Shown: positions 39,029 to 53,400 of the stretch, one piece after another
How the letters are laid out: each line of letters begins with the position of its first letter
Numbering within the stretch: position 1 is the first letter of the stretch
Source: the human T2T-CHM13v2.0 reference genome, Homo sapiens
Assembly: GCF_009914755.1 (NCBI RefSeq)
Contig: NC_060931.1
Length of the DNA: 64,000 nucleotides
Reading direction: 5' to 3' (one strand)
Made by a program: the position numbers and the translations under genes
Notes under the pieces: generated by a model
What the model was told of the DNA's origin: nothing
The model's database searches: none
Seen by the model: only the letters and a program-made list of their open reading frames with translations

Positions 39029-41984
39029 TTAACATATATACTATTTTTCTTTCATTAAAGTGTAGCCAATTGAGAATGTGATTAATTAGAATTTTGTGCC
39101 ACTTGGTGGTATTCAAATTTATCATATGAGATATATACCTTTCTAGTATGTCTTATTACATGATACACAAAGTATTCCTGAATGTCATGGCATGTAAAAA
39201 AGGAAAAAAAAAAACAACTACATCTTTTATTTCAGACAAATCTCCTTGAATTTGCATACGATCTTAATTTAATGTTACATTATCTATCAATTGTACTTAA
39301 GATTGTGTGTTTATTTTTACTGTATGAGAAAGTGTTGACCAAAACCTTCATTTCTGGTGAGGTAAGGAACTTTTTCCTTAAAGAAAAAGAAAATACTGAA
39401 CTTTCAAGCAAAACAAAATAAGAGCGTTATGTAATGCTATTTTGGCATAATATGAATCTAACATTGCATTCCAGGGGGAAAATATACCACATTTGTATGC
39501 ATAGCATCCTAGACCTAGAAAGTACTCTGTGAGTGCCTGGTGGATGGGTTTAGCTGATCACACTGAGAAGGGTTCTTTATGGTTTCATCAATCAGCATTC
39601 TATAAATTTGGCAATCCTAAATGGTTTGTTCTACAATGGAACTTTTGATGACATATTATATACTGCTATATGGTATAGTTGATTATGTAGAAACAAGCTA
39701 GACGGTGTTTTTTAAAATTCAGCCAGGAACAAAAACCGAATGACTTTAGAAATGGGAGTTTTCTATTCTGGATGCATAATTCTAAGTAAAAAAAAAATCT
39801 CTTGCTTTTACTGCATGTTATCTATTTCATTTAACACCCCCTTGACTACTCCTGATACCACAAGCTGAGTTCCAACAGTGACAAAAACTCTGTTAATATT
39901 GGCCCCAGTGGTGAAGATGCAAATGGTCTGGTGACTATTGATATAGTCTGGAGTCTTTGGGAAAGAGAATACCCTCTGAGTCGGAAATACCGCCAGTAGT
40001 GTTACAGCAGTATTTTTCTTAAATGAGTATTCTTTATGTTTAATGTATCTTTCTCATGGCCCTCATCAAAGTAAAACTAAACAACAATAACAAAAACAGA
40101 TATTCTTTATTGGTCACTTCCTAAAAAATAAAAAAGAGCAAAGGAGAATGTTAAAAAAAAAAAGGCTTTTCTCTCTCTTTCTTTTCTTCCTTTCTTCCTT
40201 TCTTCCTTTTCCTTTCCTTTGTTTATAACAAGTGTAATTGTGGGAGAGAAATACACATGAAGACATGCTCAGAGATACAATGGCAGAAAATAGATAAAAT
40301 TTAAAAACTCTTTGCTCTATCTCCTTTGCATACACATAACGTCCCTTAACTCACTTAAGATTGTATACAATATTATTTTATCCCTCTTTGTTGTATTCTA
40401 AAAGGACTGAAAAACAGATTAGTTTAACAATCTGTTTTATATTTTAAAAGGCCTTTTGAAAAGTCTTTATTTTGACTTAAATGTTATATATATACACACT
40501 ATATATATGCACACACATACATTCATACACACTGTCTCTATGCAATAAGGAAACACAATATGACATATATACAGAATTTTCTGCAATAAAAGTGATTTTA
40601 CAGCTTTTGGACAGAATTACTTGAATATGACATATTTTGTGAGTAAATATGATTTTACAAAAGTTACTTTGGCTGATATGTGGCTGCTAAAATTTCTTTC
40701 TAGGATGCTATCATCATTTCTAAATTGTAAAGTGTTGTTATACTCATATTTGTACTATCGTACTGGCAGGTCAGGCTGGTTTTCATTTTTATGTTATTGC
40801 CCTTACTTTTCTAAGTGATATTACAGACTATAGAAATGTCTGCAACTATAGGCCAGTCTCGCCTATTGTCTGGAGTCTAGACAGGCTATAGAAAAATCTC
40901 TGTGACATATAATAGGCCAAACAATTTGTAGGGCTGTTTATCCCTACAAATTCACTACCAAGAAAAAGAAAGGATATACTATTTTATTGAGAGTAGGTAA
41001 TATTACAATCTCTAGCCCTTCTCTGAATGACCGAAAATCAGGATAAGCTTATACACTTGAAGAGTTCTTTAGGTATTGTTTGATCATATACAAAGCAATC
41101 TATAGCTCAGAAAAACTCAGACTTAACAAAATAATTGCCTTAACTGTGGTTTTATAAGTATTTTTATAAATTATATTTATTTGGGTAGAAGGGGAACTTT
41201 TGTGTTTCTCTTTGTCACCACAAAGCTTTATTCTAAATCGCTGAAGACCTCGTCTGTAGAGGTACAATGTACTAAAAGGAAAAATGACTTCCCTACATCT
41301 GAGGCTTAGCTGCAGCCCACTTCTGAAAGAGGTAGATCCCTTAAGGGCAAATGCTGCCATTATTGTGATTACTATAGGATCGTTCACCAGCCCAGAACTG
41401 ACAGAACATAACTGTGCTTAAAGAGAAGTGCACCCTCTAGACAAGTACCTTCTCAGCCTTCCAAATCACCTAAACTGCGGAAGGCCAGATGGAATGCTTC
41501 ATGGCAGGGTGGCACATTTGGAATTAGAGGTCTGATCTAAGGCTGGTGCATGACTGACTGCAGGAAGGGTCGTCGAGCAAAGAGCTATTCAAGAAGAAAC
41601 AAATAAGGTATTGAAGACTAAATTGCCAGTAGGCTCTGCCACCACTACCAATATTCAAAATTGGTTCCCTGGTCCCTATTAAAACGAAACTCATAACCAC
41701 AGTCATGCTGGCCTTTAGATAGAAAACCTTGCTTTGTAGAACCCTCTAGAAAGAAGACAAAATGCTCTTAGATAAGCTTTGTAATACAATCTGTATTAAA
41801 AAGTAGATGGTAGGTTTTTTAGAGCACACAATGTTGGTCCATTTTCCTCAGTACGTTGAATACATGTCTGTGGGAAGACATCTCATATTCATTCTCCCAG
41901 TGTTGATTTGAGGAGATTTTTTTTTAGGCTGGGGAGAAAAGAGGGGCCTGTAGGCTAGCTTTTGCCAAGACCTTGTTCCACAAG

Positions 41985-42144
41985 TGAGGCTGTCTTGAAG
42001 AGTATAGGACCTGTGCAATTGCATAGGGCACCGTGCTTAGGGGAGCCCTGAGCTTGGGTCATTGTCTTAAAATTGTTAAAAATTTGTCAGGAAGGAACGC
42101 CACATTTTCATTTTTCACTGAACCCTGCAAATTAGCCGGTCCTG
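41985..42144. mobile_element. MER91A-like hAT-Tip100 element
   Basis: gacctgtgcaattgcataggg..cattttcatttttcactgaaccctgcaaattagccggtcctg. Confidence 0.65.
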
Positions 42145-42296
42145 TCAACTAGAGTGTTACTCTTAATGCCACTCATGAGGCAAATCAGAAAAAAAAAAAA
42201 AAATAGGCCTTAACCTAGATCATTAGGAAGAAAGAGAAATCTGTAGAAATGTAGTTAAATGGATGGACACACTACAATCTTCTCATTACCTGTTTC

Positions 42297-42593
42297 TCTT
42301 TTTTTTTCTTTTCTTTTTTTTTTTTTTTTTGAGACAGAGTTTTGCTCTTGCCCAGGCTGGAGTGCAATGGCACACTTCTGCCTCCCAGGTTCAAGCAATT
42401 CTCCTGCCTCAGCCTCCTAAGTATCTGGGATTACAGGCGCATGCCACAACACCCAACAAATTTTTGTATTTTTAGTAGAGACAGGATTTCGCCATGTTGG
42501 CCAGGCTGGTCTCGAACTCCTGACCTCAGGTGATCCACTCGCCTCGGCCTCCCAAAGTACTGAGATTACAGATTTGAGCCACTGCACCCTGCC
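42297..42593 (-). mobile_element. AluS (Sq/Sp-like), TSD ctcattacctgtttct
   Basis: Reverse Alu with small deletion; flanking direct repeat. Confidence 0.95.
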
Positions 42594-45500
42594 TCATTAC
42601 CTGTTTCTTAAAACTACTTAAAAATGTTTAATGAGAAGGGCCACGACTCTACATTATAAACGTCAAGGTACATATAGAGCTAAAGCCGTACTGGAGATCC
42701 CAATTCACCTCCCACAACCCTCTTTTGATCACATCATAATTTTGCCTGAAAATATATTAATAATATAATTTGGGGAAAGATCTCTGAGATGCCTACCCCA
42801 GTTGGAGTGGAGCGGGACAGGCTTTCTCTGTCCACACCATTGTTGAGAACTCCCTGAAGAGAGACTGCTGTGAGCACTGATGGAAACATCTCCATTCAAG
42901 CCCAGGTAGTCTTGCCTTCCTGTGAGCCCTGGCACTCCCTGATTAGGGCATTGCAGAAAGGGACTCTGGTGTTACCAGTCACTGACAGTCATCTGCCTCA
43001 TCTCCTGTCCCAGCTGAGGCTGCAGCTGCTGCAGGGAGCCCCAGCTCAGTACCCCCATGACCATGCCTTTCTCTTATTATGTACAATTATCCTCTATGAC
43101 TTTTAAGATGATAGCAGAGAGCACAGTGGCTTGAATCCAGATTTAGTGGTGCAATTTATTATGAACTTCTGAAGGGGTAAACACAGGATTGTGTATGAGC
43201 TCACTGAAATCACCAGACTGAGTTTGTCCATCTCCCTTTTTTTTTTCTTTTTGTTACATTTAAATGACAAAGACATGAGTAATATCCCACAGCCTATGAC
43301 TCAAGAGGTAAAATATAAAACAGCAATGTTTTCAGGTAGGTCACATGATGCTGTGTTTATATAGCACACATTTTTGGTTGTTTGATTTCAGCATTATATC
43401 TGGAAAATACACTGTACACATTTATTTTCACAGATAGGGGTCTATTTTCTTTGCAGAGCAGGTGCTGAACTCCCATTAGCATAAATGGAAGTTATGCGAA
43501 TCTGAATCTGACAAAAGACAGAGAAGACCCCTTTTTATTATTTGGCTATAATTTTTACTCTATTTGTGCCTTCAAAAGTTACTTACATAGACAGGGGTTG
43601 CATGCACCATTTAAATTTTCTGAGATTCAAAATTAAAAATGAGCCTAGCTTCTGAATAAGTTTTGAGAAATCTCCAAACTATGGCTTGCAATTTGTTTGT
43701 TTTGGATTGTAGGAAGGATTCCATTCAATTAAATGAAACATGGGTAGGATAATAAGTCAAAAATTAACTATTAATATACCTGAAAACAGAGCTATTGTTG
43801 GATTTTTTTTCAAATGATGTATGAACACACATTTTAAAGAATTAAAAATAAAAACAACTCATTGCCATGTCTCCATTACTGAAGAGCAAGCTTTTCTATG
43901 CATATAGAGCTGACTTCAACAGCACATAGGCCAGTATGTATAGAATTATTCACGTGTCCTGATGATTGATAGCCAGCCTATCTACCTGTCTTTCTTGCAG
44001 ATGTGTTTTATAGAAAGCCCACCGCCATTGTTAAGGCTTCAGTGCTGTCACACAGATGCAGCTGTCATAAATATCCCCTAACAACTATGTTTGCTGCTTA
44101 TCTGAATTAGTTAGAATGCTGTTTGCAGCTCCAGTTTTGAAAGAAGCAGTTTATCTTCCACCTCCTATTATTTCTTTTTCCATTAACCTCTTCCAGGGAA
44201 GATTTTGTTTTCAGTTGTGATAAATTCACACAGGTTTCAAATCCCTGATTATATTTTACAGTAGTCAAATGATAAAATTACAGAATCATTTTCAGCTCAA
44301 AGTAGGATTTGAAGAATAAAATGGAAACTTAAAAACCATGGTTTGAGAGATGGACAAATCTTATCCTAGCTTTATTGATTTGGTATCCTATTCACTAGTT
44401 ACCTAAGAAAATATGCATAAATCTTTAAATTTGAACTCTGAACTTTGATAGCATTTCAAATAGCTTGTTTGATACGACTATTTGGGGGCCAAAAGAATAG
44501 TATTCATTTCATTACAAATTTCAATAAGTATAATACATTTGACATTGGATATATGGGCTTTGAAAAATTCTTGGAAAAGAAAGATGTGGGTTAACATGAG
44601 AGATCAAATGTAACACTGCCAAAAAAGTAAAACATGATTTTAAATGTCCATTTGAATATATTTTAAAGCCAAAACGAAAAATCAAGAGAGAAAAGTTTAT
44701 TTGTAACGCCAACAGGAAGAATGGCCTACACAATATATTTTAGAATGATGGTCAAGGTGTTACATGTAAGAACTGTTAACAAGTGCCTCAAATAGTTTCA
44801 TAGCCAGCAAGAATAAGAATAAAAAAAAGAGATTCAATGGGCCATTTTTTTATGCTTTCAACAGTAGTTTGATGTAGTGGCATGTGATAAACTGGAAGTA
44901 ATGGGAGCTAAAAAGGGTTTGAGTAACACAAAATAAATACAGTACAATGATGATTTTTAAGGGGATCACACTTAGGCAATAATAGTGTACTTTGTGGAAC
45001 TCCTTCATGTTTTCCAGTAATACAGGGCCTACATCAATTCTCCATAAGCAGCCTGTGCCTTGAATATAAATAATTCTCCTCCTTGAGGAAGTGGGCATAC
45101 GAAACACAAAATTGAAAAGTTAAACTTAGATTTGGGAGGTTAATTCAAACAAGAGTCCCTTAATAAAAAGAACTGCATTTGCCATCAGCCAGTTTTAATA
45201 ACCGTGCTTTATGAAGGCCTTTGTCCCCTGAGCAAGGCAAACCTGATTGCATGGCTCGGTTTTTGCAGCCTCCAGAAGAGCACAGTTGGTCTCAGCTTAG
45301 CAAGATCCAGGTATGATCATCTGAATCACTGGTGTTTCTCATTAAATGAGTGTGGCCATTAATTTCCTAGATTCTTGAAGGCCTTTGCAAGTACTGGCTT
45401 ATTCTTAGGTGGATAAACAATATTATTTTCTTTAGCTGATACCAAATACTTCCTTTGATTTTCTCTCCTTGAAAAAGAAAAGACTTAGGCGTAAATTCTT

Positions 45501-48105
45501 CCAGTGATACCAAACATCCAGATAAAATGTGAAAATCCAAATACCTGGTTCTGTCGATAACATCTAGATAGCAGTTGATGGCATAAGAACAAAGCATCAA
45601 GCTTTTCAACTGGATTTTTCAGTTTTTACTTGAATTTTTAGTGTTACAGCCCCAATGCTGTGCTATTAAGTCAAGGGGCACCAAGATATATTTGCATGGG
45701 CAGATTTGAGATGCTAATAAATATAATTATGTAAAATAAGCCACTTTGAAATAATATATTAATTCATTTGTCATAACAAATTATATGTATTTGAAATTAA
45801 ATATTTTGGGTAAAATCTATGATTGTAATTTTGGTATTAACTTTATTTCTTCTGGGAAAAGTGCTTAATTTAAAAAAGAAAAGGCGCAATTAATTCCAAT
45901 TAATGTTGTAAGTATTCATCTTATAGTACGTGTAATAGCTGTGGCTTTCACTTTGATAATTATATATGTAAAAGACCATGATTAAACTAATTATTATATA
46001 AATAGTGTGCTTATTCAGGTAGCATTAGTATATGAAAATGGACTTATAGGATTAATATCTTCTCAAGCAAATGTTTTTTCTGAATTGAAAAGAAATACTT
46101 ATGACTTCATGTATTATGGAGTAGTTGATTCAATGAAAAGAAAGCCCTAATATCTAATATTATAAACAGCAAATTAATGTGTGTATAGTAATTTCAAAAT
46201 TCAATGAAGTTCATATATTCTCATTTTGGTGATAAATGATCTATGAATATAAACCTTCTGAAAGAAGAACCAGTTTGTATAACTAATCATCTTCATGATT
46301 CTTCTGTGGTTTCAAACTGTCATCTTCAATGGCAGTTTGGATTATGAAGCAGTTGTTAATTATAGTGTTAATTTTTTTATGGCTGACAAAATTGTGTTTA
46401 GTTCTATAATTTCAAAATTGCTAAATTTTATCTTGAAAAATTGCTGCTTAGAGCAGTAGCCTCAAATCACAGCTTTAAAAGCTAAATGTGAAGTCTCTCC
46501 AATCATCTGTGAATCGAGATTAACCCGGGCCTGTACAGAATGGAGTTGTTTCTTACATGTGTATGTGTGCTACTGTTGGCATATCTAAAATATAATACAT
46601 AATCAAATATCTGCTTATTCATGTTTCCTGTGTAAATATTTATACACCACGTAGGTCGGACTTGAAAAGCGAGGAAGTGAATGAATCATTATATTTCACT
46701 TTCAAGGAAAGCTTACATGAATTTTTGAGAATGTCAGCTATCAGAACATCTTTTAAATTTTAAAGCATGAGTTACTTATCATTTAAGAAATATCCAAACT
46801 GCTAACATTGTAAAAGCAATTTCATACTTTTAACCTAGTAGATAAATCAGTGGCCCATTTCTAAGCTCTTTCTCCTAATAGCCAACCAATAGTTTCTCAA
46901 TTCAGATTAAATTTTTTATTTGTATTGGTCTCAGCATTAAGGTCCCTTAGATAGAAAGTGAACATAAACTAATATTTTCAAAGTGAATAAATAAATAAGA
47001 AAGTGAACACCTTCTAGTATGATTTAAAAAAAAAAAAGTTACCCTTGTGACTTAAAAAAAAAAATTCAGATTGTCAGCCCTCCCTTGATTATCACATTCC
47101 TCAGCTTCTTTTTTTAACCTTTGGAAGACCACATCCACAGAATTGTACAAAAAGTGGTTATTTGACAATTGTCTATTAAAACACAATAACCCAGTCTAGC
47201 AAAGTGCCTGGCACAAAATAGGCACACAATAAATATTTGATGGGTGAATGAATGATTCACATGTGAAAATTTGAGGAAAAATTAAGGGAAAGCTTAATTG
47301 TTTAGAGCATTCAGGATGTAGCCTCCAAGTTGGCTACAGATTGATGCACAGGAAAAAAATTACTTAACTGTAGTTGCACAGAAAAGGATATTTAGAAAAT
47401 ATCTTTAGAAAAGAGTACTTACCCTTCTCCCCAATCTCTTTCCCAGTTTCCCTCCCCTCCTGTGCTTTTAAAAGTGAGCAGTTGGCCACTAGTGTAATAA
47501 AAGCATAACCGTTGATTCAAACAGTTGTCAAACCACTGGAAAAATGCTTCCTTTTCATTGTGCTTTTTTTGGACACTATAGATATGGTAAATCATGAACT
47601 GCGTTATAAAAATACCTCTTTTGTGCCCAAACATTCAGTAGGAGGGAATGACATTTCTTTTATTACCTTGGTAAATGTTTTTAAGGTGTTTAGCAATAAG
47701 CCTTCTTTTTGTCAAAACTGCTTAGACGCAGTGGTTGCTAAGAATTTATTAGAAAACCTATAGTTAATAATATCAAGAAAAGAAGGGATATGTGTTTAGT
47801 AGCTAATATGACAGATGAGCTTGTGTAGCACATGCTTTTGCTTTTTCCTACCATTTTCTTGATCTTTTGTGTTATGGAAAACAAGTTATTCATGTTTAGA
47901 AAGTTTATTTTTCATTATTGCCCATCAACCAGCGTTTTTAGCATTTTCTCCATCTTTTGGGCAGAGAAATAGATTGTTCCAAATAGTAGGGAAAAAAATA
48001 AGGCGAAAAGATTTCTGAGGAAAGAAGGATGATAAGATTTTAATACAAATGTGAAGAAGACTATTCATCTTTAGGTCTTTGTGAATTAACTCTTTCTTCG
48101 GATAT

Positions 48106-48138
48106 TTGTTGTTGTTGTTGTTGTTGTTTTGTTGTTGT
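48106..48138. repeat. (GTT)n microsatellite
   Basis: Direct reading. Confidence 0.9.
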
Positions 48139-50189
48139 TTTTCTTCCACAGGTAAAACCTTCAGAATGTTGTCATGCTTCCTATAATGCTAAATTTTAAC
48201 ATGAAAAATATTTTACATGTTACTTTCTTAAGATAGTGTTTAAGGAGAAGGATATATATTTCCTTCTATATTCGCTGGCTTATTGAAATTGATAGAGACC
48301 CATATTTGTTACTATTTACTTGACTTTTATGTCCTACTTTTATTTCTTTCCTTAATTAGGTGGTAATGGATTTTTTAAAAAGTGTTACTGTAAAAAAAAA
48401 AACGTGGTAAAAATAGTAAAAATAAACCACTCCTTTAAAGATACAAGGGAAGAGACCTTTGGCAGAGAGGTCTGAAGCTTCATGGGTGGATGAGGGTTCC
48501 CTTAGATGGGATTTCCAGATGAAAAGAAATTAAAAAACAATCAAATACCATCTGACCACCATAGGTAAGAATGTTGCTTAATTTTACAGAAATTTGTACC
48601 TATTGACTGGTAATAGCAGACTGTGCTGTACAGAGACTAATGTAACTCCTACTTTGTCGACTTCTTTGAAACTGCTCTAAATAAGTTACATACCATATAT
48701 CTTTTTGTGGTAGAACACTGTAGTATATTTACACCCTCTGTATATTGCATTCTAACTTGGAATTCTGGTCCGTGGTTTCATCCATTGTTAGCTGCGATGC
48801 TAGACTCTCCCGGGAGTTAAATACAGTGGGGCTGTATTTATGTGAAGCGGGTATGCTTGGTCGTTCAGTGGCTGTTTCATTGCATATTACCTCCCACTTT
48901 GCTCCCATCTGTGTGTGTGGTAAAGGGAATTGTCCTAAAAAATACAGGCTTCCTCTGAACACAGACATGTATTTGTATACCAGTAAGTCAACAATCTCCT
49001 GAATTTGGGTGCCATTAATAATTGTCCTTTTTAAAAGGCTTTTAGAGCTTAGAGGGGGTTAGCAGTCGTTCTGTGGAAACCGATGTACATTTCCACATTT
49101 TCTGTAAATGCATTAAAAAATAATGTGTATTAAAGTGAAAGGAAATCTGTAAGATATCTTTTTAACAGAAAACTTTAATTTTTAGATTAATACAGAGATG
49201 AATTGTCGTGTATCTCTTGGAAATCAATGGTTAACATGATAGTCTCACACACTTTTTAAAATTACTTCATCTAATTGAAAAATTACAAAGAGGCTGATGA
49301 GCCACACATCCATGGAATATTTATCTTGAAACCTAGAGTCCTACTCACTTAATGTCTTGGCCATACTTCATGTATCTGAGAAACCAACTGAAATCAGAGC
49401 GCTTTTCTAACGTCTTAATTATGCAAGATTTTAAAAAAAGAAAACTAAAGTAAGCAATACCTGAGACAGATATTTTTACTATGAAAAATATTGCACTGGG
49501 ATGGTGAAAGTTACTGCAGATAATGCAGCTATTTAAAATTATTATAGCTGCAATTACTAAAAAATGAGGAAGGTTTGACTGAGAACTATTCAAAATAGTT
49601 ATTAGCCATGTGATTATAAAAAGGAACACATGAATGATATTTGCATGTTTAACCCTGGTTATAAAAAGTCATTTGATTTTTTTAACAGCATGTACAGCAG
49701 TTACAAATCCTTACAACTTTAGGTAAAAATGAAGAATCCCACTGTGGAAAGTGCCACAAGGAAAGAGCTGGATTAGGATGTATTAGTCACATGTGAAAAA
49801 TAAAAAATATGTATGTGCATGTCTACATATGTGTGTGGATGTGTATAGTTACAATAAATACTTATATTTTAAACTTGATTTTTAAACCAACAATGGAAAG
49901 TAGCAACTCTGAAAGAATTTTTCTTGTGATTTGAAAGAACTCTTTGCCTGTCCCCCGTTCATGAAAGTTAGCTATTATTAAAAGCCTGACTACTTAGGAA
50001 ATTATTTGTGTGGGTATTTCAGACATAAAATGTGATAAAATATAAGGTATACTTCTAAAAAAAAAAGTACAGCTCTAAATAGGTGAAAAGAAGAAAGAGA
50101 ATATGCAAGGAAGAAAGAAAATAAAAAAATTGGAAGAAAGGAATAAACATTAAGAAGGAAAAACAACATCATGTATTCAGGGTTTATAG

Positions 50190-50400
50190 TGTACAAGCAC
50201 TGTGTTAAGCTTATTACATTTTTTTGTTTTATTTAATATACAGTCCTAGAAGATGGATCTTACAATTTGTTTCACACAAATGAGGAAGTAAAGATCAGAA
50301 GTGTTAAAACCATGCATTCCCTAAAGACACACAGCAAGTTAATGGCAAATCTGGGAAAGAAACCAGGATCTGGCTGGTGAAGCAGAAAAAAAGTCAACCC
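50190..50400 (-). mobile_element. MIR SINE
   Basis: aagcactgtgttaagc..acaaatgaggaagtaaag..acacagcaagttaatggca. Confidence 0.55.
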
Positions 50401-53400
50401 TGGCTCCATTCTCAAATGTTATTACTCCACAGTCTGTGCCTCCCTTTAGGTATACAGGACACCCAGGCAAGGCGAGCAAGGGTTAGACTGATAAGTTTTT
50501 CAGGGGTGAGGTGGGACCGGGTTCAGAGGCAGCCTCCAGTCCACTCAGGCAGAGAGGAGGGGACTGATCCCTGACATGGTCCGAGAAGTAGTGGGGTAGC
50601 CTGGGTGGTGGGGCTCTGGGAGGCTAAAATGATACATTTTCATGAATTTTTCCACAACTTTTGCACTTTTGCTTTTGCTTGTAGACTTTTTGTCTTCCAA
50701 GAATCTTAGAAGATTTAAAACAATCTTTACAATCTTTGAGCAGGTGATTCAAAACACATTACCTGCCTGCCCTTCTGTCATGGAATGCTGGCATTTCTCA
50801 AAGGGGTGAGTCTTGATTGCCCCACACTAACAGGTGAAGGTTATGTGGTCTTTAGCAAATCATTTAGCTCCCTATACTGTCCTCTCCTACCTGTTAAAGA
50901 AAGGTCTACGCCCTGCTTCTTAACATCCTCACATAACAATCAGAATTAATTCCCAAGGAAATTTTTTTAAAAAACAGAAAAATACTGTAAAATTGGTATG
51001 CATGCCACAAAACGTATCATTTTGGGGAGCTGTTCAATTTGACTGACAATTTAAAGAAAAAGAATGCATGACAATCCATGATGAACTCATAGTACTTTCT
51101 TTACTTTGATTACCTTTCTCATGCTCTCCACATCTCTGTTGATGAATGGGTCAGATATCATCATCCTTATTTTACAATTGAGGCAGTGAGAGGGTAAGTG
51201 CCTGACCGTTGCCAGCAACCAAGATGAGAACAGGACTTGAGTCTCCTGTCCAAATCTGAGGTTCATTTTACCTCTTTCTTATGTCCAAATTGCTACCTCA
51301 GTAACTACCTTTGCCCTTAGTTTCATTGGCTGTAAAAATGGGATTGTATCATATCTATAAAAGGTGATCTCTTTTAGAGTTAAGATTTTATTATCTCAGG
51401 AATCTGAGCCTCAAGTGCTTTTGGCATGAAAATGCTTTATATGTTTAGCAAAAAATTAGAAAACAGTCATTGAATCAGGAGATGGACTGGCTGTTGGTGA
51501 ACTCAGTCGATGAAGCAGTTGGAATATCTGAGTCATCCCTAACCTATGATGCAGACTTCATCAGAGATGAATCTGGAGGCAGAAAATGTTTCCAGATCCA
51601 CATTGACTTAGAACAATGCTGGGAAATTTTTGAAGTTTTTTTTTTTAATGGTGTTCCCTTAATTGAACTATACATTTTTAATTGGTCAAAATAACTTATG
51701 ATCTTTTTTCCTATCACAAACATAAATTGTTTGGAAATTATTCTAAGCTATTATTCTCAGAGAAAAAATCCATAGTGATACTCTAGATTTAGCCTTTATG
51801 CCTTAATAGAAACTTGAAGAGATGCTGAAGCAATGTTATTAACATGCCATTTGCCTCCCTGTTACTTGCTTGACACACAACAGATATCAGGAAATGTTAC
51901 AGTTGTCACTGAAGGAAGGTAAATTTTAGGCTATTCACTTTTTAATGTCAGTGAAGTTTTTTTAATGCCAGTATTCACACAGTTTGACCTACAAAAAACA
52001 TAATTAATTTTTGTCTGTATTTCATAGTCTTCATATTCCAAAATGATTCACTACTGTATCTTTAATTCAAACACAGTGCCTGACATATAAATGGCACTCA
52101 ATCAATGCTGATTGAATGAGTATTGAATACATTTATATGCAAGGTAGGACATGAGAGCAGTCTGTTCTGTAAGAAACATGAACAAAGATTTTTCCTATTT
52201 AATGATTAAGATAGTGTTGGATTAAAAAATCTCCTAGAGAAAATCATAAATGCATTTATGTTCTTGAGCCTACTTTCTAGCCATTTCTAATCAGAGACTA
52301 CCACGTGAGAAGAGCCAGGAACTGCCAAGGGTAAGAAGGGCAGTTCTGTCCAAACAGATGCCATTTACAGTCATGGAAACAGCAAAGTGAAAAGAGTGGC
52401 CCTGGCCCTCTTGTTTGTTAGGACACCTGTTTGGTCTTACCTACAAGTAATTCTAATGCCAAAAATTATTACTTTGGGTGTAGAAACAGCCTGTGAATAC
52501 ACATTCACACTTTCAAGCTAAGATGATACTTAAAGTACTTCCTGATGGTGATATTTAATTCTAAAAATGGGGCAGTCTGCAGTTCACCTTCTAAATCTAA
52601 CATTACAATCACCTTGGGTTATTTTTACAGTCAACAAGATGAAAAGGATAGTAGGATGAGGTAGATAAATTGATTTCAAGTTTCTAGGAGGAATTGTGTT
52701 TTCATCATGTTCTACTCTAGAATTTTTGTGAAGCAAGAAAATAAATATTTCTGTGAAAATTAAGATACCATGAAAAGGAAAAGACTTGGCAAAACAAATA
52801 TCCCTAAAAAACAAACTTCAAACATTTTGCCAGTCTAAATGAAACTTCAGCAGATCAAAAAGAGGACAAGATGTGTTAGATTACTGTGACACTTTTATGA
52901 GGGTGAATCTATATTTCTAAGGGCATGTGTTAGTATTACAGCACTATTACTCCCACCTCCATGAAGAAAGTCACATGTAGTTCACTCGCTGGCTTATGTT
53001 TTGTGTGTTTAACAGAAACATTTAAATTTGATAAAACTCATTTTTATGAAGTTATGTAATTTTTGAGATGTGTAATTTTATATAGTGTAAATGAGACTCA
53101 CTTCTGTTCTAAACTGTGTGTAGACATTTATTCAAACCTTAATGTTCCATAATCTTTACTAGGGCCGTTTCTGAACAGTCTTGCCATGACTACTACATGA
53201 AACTATGTAAATACATTTACCTATTTTATTGTTAATAGTCTATAGTTTCTACACATGGCTATCAATAACATATTGCATAGGTCATCATGTATTAACTTAA
53301 ATTTGTACGATTTTAACTAATAATATAGCTTTATGTTTGGGAACCAAACTCAGCTCTTTATGAGCAAGGTACTGTGTATTATTGAGACCTATTTTTTTCT

